20,864 nt of DNA from Verrucomicrobiota bacterium (GTDB lineage Bacteria > Verrucomicrobiota > Verrucomicrobiia > Chthoniobacterales > UBA6821): NCBI GenBank assembly GCA_008932965.1, contig WBXG01000031.1:1-20864 (forward strand). The letters run 5' to 3'. This document shows, piece after piece, positions 6,049 to 15,263 of this stretch (position 1 is its first letter; each line of letters starts with the position of its first letter). The notes under the pieces were generated by a model, which searched no databases, had not been told where the DNA came from, and saw only the letters and a program-made list of their open reading frames with translations. The position numbers were made by a program, and so were the translations under genes.

Positions 6049-7545
6049 TTATGCATCAATGCGATTGCGCTTTCTCCTCCAGAGGAAAAAAACGCCTGAA
6101 AAACAGGCTCCCATTGGAATGATAAAAATGCACCAAAGAGCAATACTACGCAACTCTTGTTGGCTTAAATTTAAGGTAAAGTAGGATTTCATTTTGGCTG
6201 TATTCCCCGCCAAGGAAATACGATCAATCAATCCATTGAGGGAGCTCGAAAAAAAATCAAGTTCCACTTCTCCAATGCAAGAGTCTTTAATAAAATCACT
6301 ATTTCCTACAACAACCATACGGGAAGCACGGACGGCCACACGATCATCATGAAGAGCTCCACGGTCTGCCATTGCTGCTATAACGACTGGGTAGTGTGTG
6401 TCCTTAGTGGGTTGAAAAGAAATCTCCCCTGGTGATTGATCTGCAGCATCACAAGAACCCCAAAATCCATAGAGTGCCTCTATGAGGGGACGCACACGTC
6501 TTTCTTGAGAGTCCTGATCCTCTATTTCTAAAGCAAGTGATTGAGTTGGTCCCTGGAATAAGATGTTGAGATTTAAAAATTGTTTTGTAAATTCTGAGCC
6601 AGGAACAAAAAGACCCGTGACATCATGAATAATAATATCTCTGTTTCCTCCAGGAATAGAGCGAATGACACGATCATGCTGTGGGGTGATTCCAGTATCT
6701 TGAATGAGTCCTTTTATTAAAGGGGTTTCGACTGTGGGATCTAGTAAAATAAAGAGCCTTCCTGATTGTTTCCAATAAGCTCGCAAGGACTCTGCCTCTT
6801 TTTCTGAGAGATCCACATGAGCTCCCGCAATAACAATGAGCGCAGCATCCTCTGGCACATCATTGCTACTGCTAAGGTTCAGTAGTGATACGGTGATATG
6901 TTGCCAGTTGAGATAGCGTCCGATGATTTTCAAAGGGGAGGGACCAGGCACCATCTCTCCATGTCCTTGCAGAAAATAAATTTTTTTTAATGGCAATCCG
7001 CTTAATTCAATAAGTGCAGCATTAATGACTTGTTCTCCGCGAAAAGCTATCAGCCGTGTCTTTTTTTCTTCAATAGAGCTTCCTGTCTCGTACTCTCCTA
7101 GTTCTTTTACTGGAATGATTTTTTGGTGATCCAAATAATCAAGGATAACAACATTTTCATTGGGATTAAATTTATACTTCGCTTGCAGTTCACGAGCCCT
7201 TGTAAGATTTCTTGCAGGGTCCAAATATTCTACAATTAAGTTTTCACGTGCCTTAATTTGATATTCTTGAATCAGCGCTTCTAAGTCGCCATAAAGCTCT
7301 GTCTCTTGGGTTAAGGAAGTCGGCGAAAAATAGATAAAAATGTGTGCTGGTTTGTGAATGCCAGAGAAAAGAACCGACCCTTGTTCCGAGAGTGAAAAGC
7401 GATGTGATCTAGAAAGGTCCCAGTGACGATAGTGATAAAAAGAGATCACATTGATCGTAATAAAAAGTAAAATAACAGAAACTCCTTGGATGAAAAGGCG
7501 AGCAAAAAGCCAGTAGCGAGAGGGAGGAGAGATTAACGGCGCCAT
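6049..7545 (-). CDS. GldG-like ABC-transporter auxiliary protein (ABC_transp_aux family)
   Basis: It has N- and C-terminal TM helices flanking a large periplasmic part. LIVIAGAHVDLSEKEAESLRAYWKQSGRLFILLDP resembles the family core. The start is set at ATG 7545..7543 (MAPLISPP...), giving a 13-nt overlap with the permease stop. The track ORF start at 7602 would overlap by 70 nt. Confidence 0.8.
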   Translation of the reverse strand: MAPLISPPSRYWLFARLFIQGVSVILLFITINVISFYHYRHWDLSRSHRFSLSEQGSVLFSGIHKPAHIFIYFSPTSLTQETELYGDLEALIQEYQIKARENLIVEYLDPARNLTRARELQAKYKFNPNENVVILDYLDHQKIIPVKELGEYETGSSIEEKKTRLIAFRGEQVINAALIELSGLPLKKIYFLQGHGEMVPGPSPLKIIGRYLNWQHITVSLLNLSSSNDVPEDAALIVIAGAHVDLSEKEAESLRAYWKQSGRLFILLDPTVETPLIKGLIQDTGITPQHDRVIRSIPGGNRDIIIHDVTGLFVPGSEFTKQFLNLNILFQGPTQSLALEIEDQDSQERRVRPLIEALYGFWGSCDAADQSPGEISFQPTKDTHYPVVIAAMADRGALHDDRVAVRASRMVVVGNSDFIKDSCIGEVELDFFSSSLNGLIDRISLAGNTAKMKSYFTLNLSQQELRSIALWCIFIIPMGACFSGVFFLWRRKRNRIDA

Positions 7546-8288
7546 TTTCGTGATTGAACAACGTGAAAGGTCATGAAGAGGAATAAAAAAATCAGGCTGC
7601 AATAAAAAACAATTGAACGTGTATCAATAATTCCATGCGAGAAGCTTTTCATTGTTTCCATTGGTAAGAAAAATACCAGAAACTGACGGAATAGCATTGT
7701 GTTCAAAGAACTCGATGAAAGCAGAGTTCCTGAAAAAAAGAATAGTACAATCACACAGAAGGTAAGCATTCCGGATATCAATTGATGTGAGGTAAGTGAA
7801 GAGGCCATGCATCCGATTGAGATATAGAGCGCTCCTTGTAGAAGAAGCATTCCATAGGCACCACAATAGGCGCCATATCCTGCGGCAGCAACTTGATGAG
7901 CGGAGGGCCAAAACAACACGAAATAAAGTAAGCTTGGTGTCCAAAGAAGAATAAAAAAAACAAAGGCTCCAAAGAATTTTACTAGGAGCACCTGGGTGCC
8001 ACGTACCGGAGCGGTTAAGAGTGTTTCTATTGTTCCAGTTTTATATTCTTCCGAATAGAGGCGCATTGATAGCAAAGGAGGAAGGGCAAGAAGAGTGATC
8101 CAAAAAACAGGATTATTGAAAAATGCTTCCACAATGGAGGTTTCTGTGGGGCCGTGATTCAGGAGAGAGACGCTTGAATAAAAATTACAACCAGTTAACA
8201 CGAGAACAAAAACAAAAAGTGTTACTGCAAGCGAGGTGCGAAAATAAGAGGCAATTTCACGTTTCCAGAGAGTCCAAAAGGTACGCAT
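7533..8288 (-). CDS. ABC-2 type permease (GldF/NosY-like)
   Basis: 251 aa and polytopic, with the EEYKTGTIETLLTAPV motif characteristic of ABC-2 exporter permeases. Confidence 0.85.
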   Translation of the reverse strand: MRTFWTLWKREIASYFRTSLAVTLFVFVLVLTGCNFYSSVSLLNHGPTETSIVEAFFNNPVFWITLLALPPLLSMRLYSEEYKTGTIETLLTAPVRGTQVLLVKFFGAFVFFILLWTPSLLYFVLFWPSAHQVAAAGYGAYCGAYGMLLLQGALYISIGCMASSLTSHQLISGMLTFCVIVLFFFSGTLLSSSSLNTMLFRQFLVFFLPMETMKSFSHGIIDTRSIVFYCSLIFLFLFMTFHVVQSRKWRR

Positions 8289-8346
8289 GTATTAAAAAAT
8301 AGAGGATGGGAGGGATAAAAGAAAATCTTTGTATGGATCGTTTCTA

Positions 8347-9075
8347 TTAGTTCTCATCTTTTCGAGTGAGTAGTAGAAACATCTCTTCCAATGAAGCTTC
8401 AGGCAACATAAGCTGCTGGCGTAATTCCTCAAGAGTTCCTGAAGCTGCAATTCTTCCGTTATGAAGTATGAGGTGACGTTTGCAGAGCATCTCTGCTTCT
8501 TGAAGAGAATGTGTTGAGATAAAAAGGGTATGTCGTTTTGCAAGGTTAGCAATGAGTCCATGAATGTGGGCTTGTTGTAGTGGGTCTAGCCCAATAGTAG
8601 GTTCATCAAGGATTAAAAGATCAGGTTCATTCACGAGCGCATCAGCAAGCCCAACCCGTTGACGGTACCCTTTAGAAAGAGTTTCAATGAGCTTGTTTTC
8701 AACAGAGCGAAGCCCACAAAGGTCGAGTACGTCAATCACCTTCTCAGAAATACGACGACTTCGAACTTTTTTCAAAGCTGCTCGGTAAGAGAGATATTCA
8801 CCCACCTTCATTTCTGGATAGAGTGGCACATTTTCTGGCAAGTAACCAAGGCGCGCTCGAAGTTCAAGAGAATATTCATAAAGATCCAAGCCGTCTATGG
8901 AGACTGAACCTGAGGTAGGAGAGAGGTAAGAGGAAAGAATTTTCAGAAGGGTGCTTTTACCAGCTCCATTAGGGCCTAGAAGGGCTACAACCTCACCTTT
9001 TTGAATTGTAAAACTGAGCTGATGCAAGATCTCGTGCCCCCCATATTTTTTTGAAACCTCTTGAGCTATAATCAT
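8347..9075 (-). CDS. ABC transporter ATP-binding protein (GldA/CcmA-like)
   Basis: 242 aa with Walker A GPNGAGKST, signature LSKGYRQR and Walker B LLILDEP. Confidence 0.9.
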   Translation of the reverse strand: MIIAQEVSKKYGGHEILHQLSFTIQKGEVVALLGPNGAGKSTLLKILSSYLSPTSGSVSIDGLDLYEYSLELRARLGYLPENVPLYPEMKVGEYLSYRAALKKVRSRRISEKVIDVLDLCGLRSVENKLIETLSKGYRQRVGLADALVNEPDLLILDEPTIGLDPLQQAHIHGLIANLAKRHTLFISTHSLQEAEMLCKRHLILHNGRIAASGTLEELRQQLMLPEASLEEMFLLLTRKDEN

Positions 9076-9223
9076 TGTGTTGCAGGATAAAGGATAATGG
9101 TTAAGAGAGGAAAGGCTATTTAGATAATGTTTAAAAACCCATTAGCCCGGATATTCTAACTAAAATTCAATTGCTCTCTTGCTGAATAAACCCCTTTCAG
9201 GCAGAATACACCTTCTTAATGAT
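9076..9223. promoter_or_regulatory. divergent intergenic region expected to hold the promoters of the ABC operon (-) and sucA (+)
   Basis: The call is positional only: 148 bp of AT-rich sequence between divergently oriented start codons. I could not pin down a convincing -35/-10 pair by eye. Confidence 0.35.
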
Positions 9224-11968
9224 ATGAGTACTGCTTTTTTGGCGAAGTGGAATGAGGAAGCTATTGAAAAAAAATATGATCAATGGCGTCGTGATCCAAC
9301 ATCTTTAGAGGAGGATTGGAATTCTTTTTTTGAAGGATTCGAACTCGGTTTTGCTCGTGATCAGAAACGTGCATCATACCAAGAGTCTTCCTCCATTCCC
9401 ATCAAAGGTGACATTCGTGTTGAAAATCTTGTGAATGCCTATCGTACTTTGGGGCATACGATGGCACAACTCAATCCACTCGATTCCCATGCACCAAGCC
9501 AACCCCAGCTAGAAATTTCGGAGTTTGGTTTTTCTAATGAAGATTTAGAGGCTTCTGTTTTTTCTCCTTCGTTTCGTAATGGAGAGAAAATGACCTTGCA
9601 GAAGCTTATTGAAGAGCTGCGGTCTGTTTACTGTGGTACGTCCACTGTTGAATTCATGCATATTCAAGATCCGTTAGTTCGCAACTGGGTTCGTGATACA
9701 TTAGAGCAGAGTGATCAGGAAACAGATCAGACTTCTTATTATCGGATATTAAGAACACTTCATAAGGCAGAATTATTCGAGAACTTCTTGCACACAACGT
9801 ATGTTGGAAGCAAGCGTTTTTCTATAGAAGGAGGGGAATCGATGATGGTTGTTCTCTCAGAAATCCTTCGACGTTCTCCCGAGCAAGGAATCAAAGAGAT
9901 AGTTCTAGGAATGGCCCACCGTGGTCGTTTGAATGTATTAGCTAACTTTTTAAAAAAACCCTTTGCAGTTATTTTTAATGAGTTTTCTGATGAGTATCGT
10001 CCTGAGATTGGAGATGCAAGTGGGGATGTCAAATACCACCTTGGCTATCACACAACACGAGACGACGATCCTCAACATCCTATAGAAATTTATTTAGCTG
10101 CAAATCCAAGCCATCTAGAAGCTGTCAATCCTGTGGTGATGGGAAAAGTCCGAGCCCGCCAACGTATTTTAAATGATACAGAATCACGGCGGAGTGTCGT
10201 GCCCATTCTCATTCATGGAGATGCAGCTTTTATTGGTCAAGGAATTGTTGCCGAATGTCTTAATCTCTCTCAACTTCCAGGATATCGTGTCGGTGGAACA
10301 CTGCATCTCATCGTCAATAACCAAATTGGATTTACAACACTTCCTGCTGATGCTCGTTCTACAACGCATTGCACTGATATTATGAAGTTTATTGAGGCTC
10401 CCATATTTCACGTTAATGGAGATGATCCTCTTGCTGTATGCCGCATGGCACGTTATGCACTCGCTTTTAGGCAACAATTTGGTCGTGATGTCGCTCTTGA
10501 TGTAGTCTGCTATCGTCGCTATGGACATAACGAAGGAGATGAACCCTCATTCACACAACCCAACCTTTATAAAATTATTAAAGATCATCCACGGGTGAGT
10601 GAGGTGTTTTTAAAACAAGCTTTTGCTGCAGGAACCATTACTGAGGAGGAAGCTCATGAGAGTCGAGAAAGGACTACTAAGCACCTTCAAGAGGCTCTTC
10701 AAAAAATGAAAAAGGGGTTGGCTATCTCGGGTTATGATAAAAATGCTGCTTTTGTGGGCTCCACAGCTGTATTTCAGCCCGCCTATAATTTTGACCCAGT
10801 AGAAACAGCAATTTCTAAAAAAGCATTAATCAAATTAGTTGATGGATTAACAACCATTCCCGAGGCCTTTCGTATCCTTCCTAAAATTAAGAAAAATGTG
10901 ATAGAGCATCGTCAAAAGATTTTAGAAAAAGGAGGCCCTTATGATTGGGCATTTGGGGAGACATTAGCTTTTGCTTCATTATTAGTAGAGGGAACTCCAG
11001 TTCGTCTTTCAGGACAAGATAGTCGTCGAGGAACCTTTAGTCAGCGACATTCTGTTTTTTATGATGAAGTGACTCGAGAGCGCTTTATTCCTTTGTTACA
11101 TTTAGATCCCAATCAAGAGCGGTTTTGTGTTTATAATAGTCCTTTGTCCGAGGCTTCTGTGCTTGGATTTGATTATGGATATTCCATGGATTTTCCAAAA
11201 ATGCTCTGTATTTGGGAGGCTCAATTTGGTGATTTTGCGAATGGTGCTCAAGTAATCATCGACCAATTTATTGCCTCTTCCGAAACAAAATGGCTTCGAC
11301 CCTCTTCGCTCGTAATGCTCTTACCCCACGGTTACGAGGGCATGGGCCCAGAGCATTCTAGTGGGCGTCTAGAGCGTTTTCTTCAACTCTGTGCTGAGGA
11401 AAATATACAAGTCTGTAATCCCACTACCCCAGCACAATACTTTCATCTCCTGCGTCGTCAAATGAGAAGGGCTTTTAGAAAACCTCTTATTATCATGACT
11501 CCTAAAAAGCTATTACGCTTGGATGAAGCTGTCTCAAAAACAGAGGACTTTACTGAGGGGCATTTTCAAGAAATTCTCTTAGGACCGACATCTCAAGATC
11601 CTTTAAAAATAGCACGACTGATTTTTTGTACTGGTAAAGTCTATTATGATCTTCTGGCCTATCAGCAGACCCATGAGTTGAAAGCGGGCACATTGCTCAT
11701 TCGAGTGGAGCAACTCTATCCATTACATCAAGAGCTTCTAGAAAAGCTCATAAAACCGTTTTTATCCCAGAACACCGTTTTTGTCTGGTGTCAGGAAGAA
11801 CCAGAAAATATGGGTGCTTATCAATTTATAAAGCCTCGCTTAGAATCCCTTTTTAATAAGAAAATCATCTATGCGGGCCGTGAAGCAAGTGCTAGCACCG
11901 CTGTTGGGGCACTTTCTGTGCATCATAACGAGCAATCTGCCCTTGTAAAAGAGGCATTCGAGAAATAA
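9224..11968 (+). CDS. sucA: 2-oxoglutarate dehydrogenase E1 component
   Basis: About 914 aa. It has an N-terminal [16 protein letters not shown] block and a ThDP-type core ([37 protein letters not shown]). The ATG at 9224 (MSTAFLAKW...) is preferred over the TTG at 9179 used by the ORF track. Confidence 0.93.
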   Translation: MSTAFLAKWNEEAIEKKYDQWRRDPTSLEEDWNSFFEGFELGFARDQKRASYQESSSIPIKGDIRVENLVNAYRTLGHTMAQLNPLDSHAPSQPQLEISEFGFSNEDLEASVFSPSFRNGEKMTLQKLIEELRSVYCGTSTVEFMHIQDPLVRNWVRDTLEQSDQETDQTSYYRILRTLHKAELFENFLHTTYVGSKRFSIEGGESMMVVLSEILRRSPEQGIKEIVLGMAHRGRLNVLANFLKKPFAVIFNEFSDEYRPEIGDASGDVKYHLGYHTTRDDDPQHPIEIYLAANPSHLEAVNPVVMGKVRARQRILNDTESRRSVVPILIHGDAAFIGQGIVAECLNLSQLPGYRVGGTLHLIVNNQIGFTTLPADARSTTHCTDIMKFIEAPIFHVNGDDPLAVCRMARYALAFRQQFGRDVALDVVCYRRYGHNEGDEPSFTQPNLYKIIKDHPRVSEVFLKQAFAAGTITEEEAHESRERTTKHLQEALQKMKKGLAISGYDKNAAFVGSTAVFQPAYNFDPVETAISKKALIKLVDGLTTIPEAFRILPKIKKNVIEHRQKILEKGGPYDWAFGETLAFASLLVEGTPVRLSGQDSRRGTFSQRHSVFYDEVTRERFIPLLHLDPNQERFCVYNSPLSEASVLGFDYGYSMDFPKMLCIWEAQFGDFANGAQVIIDQFIASSETKWLRPSSLVMLLPHGYEGMGPEHSSGRLERFLQLCAEENIQVCNPTTPAQYFHLLRRQMRRAFRKPLIIMTPKKLLRLDEAVSKTEDFTEGHFQEILLGPTSQDPLKIARLIFCTGKVYYDLLAYQQTHELKAGTLLIRVEQLYPLHQELLEKLIKPFLSQNTVFVWCQEEPENMGAYQFIKPRLESLFNKKIIYAGREASASTAVGALSVHHNEQSALVKEAFEK

Positions 11969-12005
11969 GAAATCCTATCCTTTCATTTTTACAACTCTCT
12001 TTTTT

Positions 12006-13109
12006 ATGAATATGCATGTTAAAATTCCTTCTGTAGGTGAATCTATTTCCTCTGGAGTTCTCTCTGCCTGGCATCTTGCTGAGGGGGCTCCTGTTTCTAT
12101 TGGTGATCTTTTGTTTACATTGGAAACGGATAAAGTTTCTACCGAAGTGACCGCTACAGAAGCAGGTATTCTCAAGAAATTAGTAGAAGAGGGGGCTGAA
12201 GTAAAAATTGGAGAGGTCGTCGCAGAAATCTTACCAGCTTCCATGGAAGATTCAAAAACACCTAAAAAAGAAGTTCCCACAAAAGATGTATCAGAAATCA
12301 AAAAAGAAAAAATATCAGCTCTAGCACCAACTCTAGCTCAGGCACCAGAACCTCAACATACTTCTCTCATCGAGAAAATATCTGAACCAGTTCCTTCTAA
12401 GAGCTCCACAGAGGGACGTGTCACTCGTCGTAAATTAAGCCCTCTGCGACGCAAGATTGCAGCTCAATTGGTCTCAGCACAACACACCGCAGCTATTTTA
12501 ACGACATTCAACGAGGTCGATATGTCTCGGATCATTCAGTTGCGTAAAGAGGTCCAGGAAACTTTTCAAGCAAAGTATGGTGTCAAACTTGGCTTTATGT
12601 CTTTTTTTATTAAAGCAGTAGTTGAGGCCCTCCAGGCTGTACCTAGCATCAATGCTCGGCTTGAAGAGGAGGAACTTATTGAAAATCATTACTACGATAT
12701 CGGTGTCGCTGTTGGCACTGAAAAAGGATTACTCGTTCCCGTATTGCGTCATTGTGAACAACAGTCACTTGCTGACCTAGAGGAGCAGCTTCTTGCTTAC
12801 GCAACGAAAGCTCGTGAAGGAAAAATCGCCCTTGCTGATTTACAAGGTGGTGTCTTCACCATTTCTAATGGTGGTGTCTATGGATCGCTCCTCAGCACTC
12901 CCATACTCAATCCTCCCCAAAGCGGCATTCTCGGTATGCATACGATTCAAGAGCGTCCTGTAGTAGTGAATGGGCACATTGTGATCCGTCCTATGATGTA
13001 CTTGGCATTAAGTTATGACCATCGTTTGGTTGATGGAAAAGAGGCTGTGACTTTTTTAATTAAAGTCAAAGAGGTGTTAGAAAACCCACTCAACCTCTTT
13101 CTCGAATAA
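12006..13109 (+). CDS. sucB: 2-oxoglutarate dehydrogenase E2, dihydrolipoyllysine succinyltransferase
   Basis: It has an N-terminal lipoyl domain ([10 protein letters not shown]), a Pro/Ala-rich linker and a catalytic domain ending in [10 protein letters not shown]. It starts 37 nt after sucA. Confidence 0.93.
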   Translation: MNMHVKIPSVGESISSGVLSAWHLAEGAPVSIGDLLFTLETDKVSTEVTATEAGILKKLVEEGAEVKIGEVVAEILPASMEDSKTPKKEVPTKDVSEIKKEKISALAPTLAQAPEPQHTSLIEKISEPVPSKSSTEGRVTRRKLSPLRRKIAAQLVSAQHTAAILTTFNEVDMSRIIQLRKEVQETFQAKYGVKLGFMSFFIKAVVEALQAVPSINARLEEEELIENHYYDIGVAVGTEKGLLVPVLRHCEQQSLADLEEQLLAYATKAREGKIALADLQGGVFTISNGGVYGSLLSTPILNPPQSGILGMHTIQERPVVVNGHIVIRPMMYLALSYDHRLVDGKEAVTFLIKVKEVLENPLNLFLE

Positions 13110-13115
13110 ATTTTC

Positions 13116-13772
13116 ATGGTTGTTGCTGTCACTTGTGGCCCAAGTTATGAACCGATCGATCAGGTTCGCTTTTTGAGTAATACCTCCACAGGGGAACTTG
13201 GAGCGCTACTTGCAACAACGCTTCAACAACATGGTTTCAAGGTAATCTGTTTGCGAAGTAGATTAGCTACTTATCCTATCGACTCTTCTATAGCTCAGGT
13301 CGTTCCTTTTTCAACCAATACTCAACTAGCTCACTCCCTTAAAGAAATCTCTAAGGAACATTCTCTCTTAGCGCTTTTTCATACAGCTGCTCTTTCTGAT
13401 TATCGGGTTGAAAAAATCACAAATCACCATGGAGAGGTGATTTCCTCTGGGAAAATTTCTACCGATTCAGGAGAGATCACAATGACATTGCAACCAACAC
13501 CAAAAGTGATTGCTATGCTTCGTGGCTGGTTTCCTCAAACCCTTCTCATTGGTTGGAAATATGAAGTCGATGGGACTAGGAAGGAAGCGATCTCCCAAGC
13601 AGAGCAACAGATTCAAAAATATCACCTGGATGCAAGTGTTGCCAATGGACCTGCTTTAGAAAATAGTTTTGAATTTATTTCAAGTAGCGGTATGAAGTCA
13701 GATCATCATTCTAAGAGCATGCTAGCTACTTTTCTGACAACATGGATTGAAGAGATGATCGCCAAAAAATAA
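13116..13772 (+). CDS. coaB: phosphopantothenate-cysteine ligase domain protein, standalone CoaB (no CoaC flavoprotein domain)
   Basis: 218 aa. VTCGPSYEPIDQVRFLSNTSTGELG, AALSDYR and LDASVANG align with the CoaB half of Dfp/CoaBC as I recall it. Confidence 0.7.
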   Translation: MVVAVTCGPSYEPIDQVRFLSNTSTGELGALLATTLQQHGFKVICLRSRLATYPIDSSIAQVVPFSTNTQLAHSLKEISKEHSLLALFHTAALSDYRVEKITNHHGEVISSGKISTDSGEITMTLQPTPKVIAMLRGWFPQTLLIGWKYEVDGTRKEAISQAEQQIQKYHLDASVANGPALENSFEFISSSGMKSDHHSKSMLATFLTTWIEEMIAKK

Positions 13773-13793
13773 TTTCTTGTTAAAATAGAGAGT

Positions 13794-14453
13794 ATGTTTA
13801 CAGGAATTATTCAAAGCATTGCTACCATTGCCGACATTCACGATCAAGAGGGGCTACGTACTTTTACCGTTGATTTTGAAAAGGGTTTTTGCAACGAGCT
13901 CACTGTAGGTTCTAGCGTCTCTTTAGATGGAGTCTGTTTAACGGTGACTGCATTATTCAATGATCATCGAGCTCATTTTGATGTGATGTTGCCAACGCTT
14001 AAAACTACCACCCTTCAGAATGCCTTCATGGGAATGAAAGTTAATGTCGAGCGGGCGACTAAGGAGGGAGCTGAAATTGGAGGTCATCCTCTCTCAGGCC
14101 ATATCGATTTCTATGGAAAGATTATTGCGATTCAAAATCCTGAAAATAACTATTCACTGACTATTGAAATTCCCTCAATGTGGATACGTTATATTTTTAA
14201 CAAGGGATATATAGCCCTCAACGGTACAAGCCTTACCATGAGTGAGGTAAATAAGCAGAAAGCGACCTTTGAAGTCTGGTTGATCCCTGAAACGCTGCGC
14301 AGAACAACATTTGATAAAAAAAAAGTTGATGACCTTATTAATATTGAACTCGATCGTAGCACACAGGTGATTGTTGATACTCTACGATCAGCCATAGAGG
14401 AGCAGTTTCAACTTTTGCGTGCAGGTGAGGGAGTAGCAAGAATCAACAAATAA
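13794..14453 (+). CDS. ribE: riboflavin synthase alpha chain
   Basis: 219 aa, starting MFTGIIQ. It has a duplicated lumazine-binding barrel pattern (SVSLDGVCLTV and YIALNGTSLTM). Confidence 0.9.
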   Translation: MFTGIIQSIATIADIHDQEGLRTFTVDFEKGFCNELTVGSSVSLDGVCLTVTALFNDHRAHFDVMLPTLKTTTLQNAFMGMKVNVERATKEGAEIGGHPLSGHIDFYGKIIAIQNPENNYSLTIEIPSMWIRYIFNKGYIALNGTSLTMSEVNKQKATFEVWLIPETLRRTTFDKKKVDDLINIELDRSTQVIVDTLRSAIEEQFQLLRAGEGVARINK

Positions 14454-14466
14454 TTACATTGTTGGT
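14442..14466. terminator. small hairpin spanning the abutting stop codons of convergent ribE and the OppF-like gene (possible weak bidirectional terminator)
   Basis: atcaacaa (14442-14449) pairs with ttgttggt (14459-14466) with one G-U wobble. The loop, ataattaca, contains both stop codons (TAA 14451-14453 and TTA 14454-14456). No U-tract follows. Confidence 0.25.
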
Positions 14467-15254
14467 ACGGCAGCTAAAAGCGTTTGTGTGTAGGGGTGCT
14501 CTGGATGCTCGAGGACCTGATGAGCGGGACCAGACTCTACAATTTTTCCAGAGTGTAATACGAGAACGGAGTCACTGATATGCTTGATAACAGCCAAGTC
14601 GTGACCAATAAAAAGCATTGCAAGCCCAAGCTCCTCTTGTAGATCTTTTAACAAATTAATGATCTGTGCTTGAACGCTAACATCAAGGGCGCTCACTGGT
14701 TCATCACAAATCAGAAGCTCCGGTTCCACTGCAAGAGATCTTGCAATGCTAATACGCTGCCGTTGACCTCCACTAAATTCATGAGGATAGAGTTTCATCA
14801 TCTCTGGTTTCAAACCTACTTTAACGAGCAAGCTGGCAACACGCTCCTGACGATCTAATCGAGACATTTTTGGAAAATGGATTTCAAGTGCTTCTGAAAT
14901 CATGCTGCCAATAGTAAGTTTAGGATGAAGCGAACTATGAGGATCCTGAAAAACCATTTGAATTTTCTTTCTCCAAGGATGAAATGCAGCCTCATTCATT
15001 GCTCCAATATTCTGACCCTGATAGAAAATTTTTCCGGAAGTGAGTTTGATCAACTTAACAACGGTTCGGCCAATAGTTGTTTTGCCACTCCCACTCTCTC
15101 CGAGCAGTCCTATTGTTTTGCCTCGAGGAATTGTAAAACTCACATCATCCACAGCTCGTATTTCGCCATCTTGACGATGCAATATTCCCTTAAAAACAGG
15201 AAAGTAAACCTTGAGGTTTTGTACCTCTAAAAGCAGTGAGGAGTCTGAAGACAT
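14454..15254 (-). CDS. oligopeptide/dipeptide-type ABC transporter ATP-binding protein (OppF/DppF family), orphan in this window
   Basis: 266 aa with Walker A GESGSGKTT, signature FSGGQRQRISIAR, Walker B LLICDEPVSALD and the C-terminal HPYTQ motif typical of the Opp/Dpp ATPase family. Confidence 0.88.
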   Translation of the reverse strand: MSSDSSLLLEVQNLKVYFPVFKGILHRQDGEIRAVDDVSFTIPRGKTIGLLGESGSGKTTIGRTVVKLIKLTSGKIFYQGQNIGAMNEAAFHPWRKKIQMVFQDPHSSLHPKLTIGSMISEALEIHFPKMSRLDRQERVASLLVKVGLKPEMMKLYPHEFSGGQRQRISIARSLAVEPELLICDEPVSALDVSVQAQIINLLKDLQEELGLAMLFIGHDLAVIKHISDSVLVLHSGKIVESGPAHQVLEHPEHPYTQTLLAAVPTM

Positions 15255-15263
15255 CGGGAGATA

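Noticed and set aside
7546-7602. Upstream start (7602) of the GldG-like ORF, which would overlap the permease gene by 70 nt.
   Set aside because: The extra 19 residues (MQPDFFIPLHDLSRCSITK) precede the natural N-terminal TM segment. The internal ATG at 7545 gives a conventional short overlap with the permease stop.
9142-9156. ttagcccggatattc, resembling the left end of A-type copy 1 (ttagcccggatgttgc).
   Set aside because: The similarity covers only about 13-15 nt and does not continue into the element body. It may be chance or an extremely decayed remnant, which is too weak to annotate.
9179-9223. TTG start for sucA as listed in the ORF track.
   Set aside because: The ATG at 9224 yields an N-terminus ([12 protein letters not shown]...) that aligns with the usual SucA start. 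The TTG-initiated 15 extra residues have no counterpart that I recognise.
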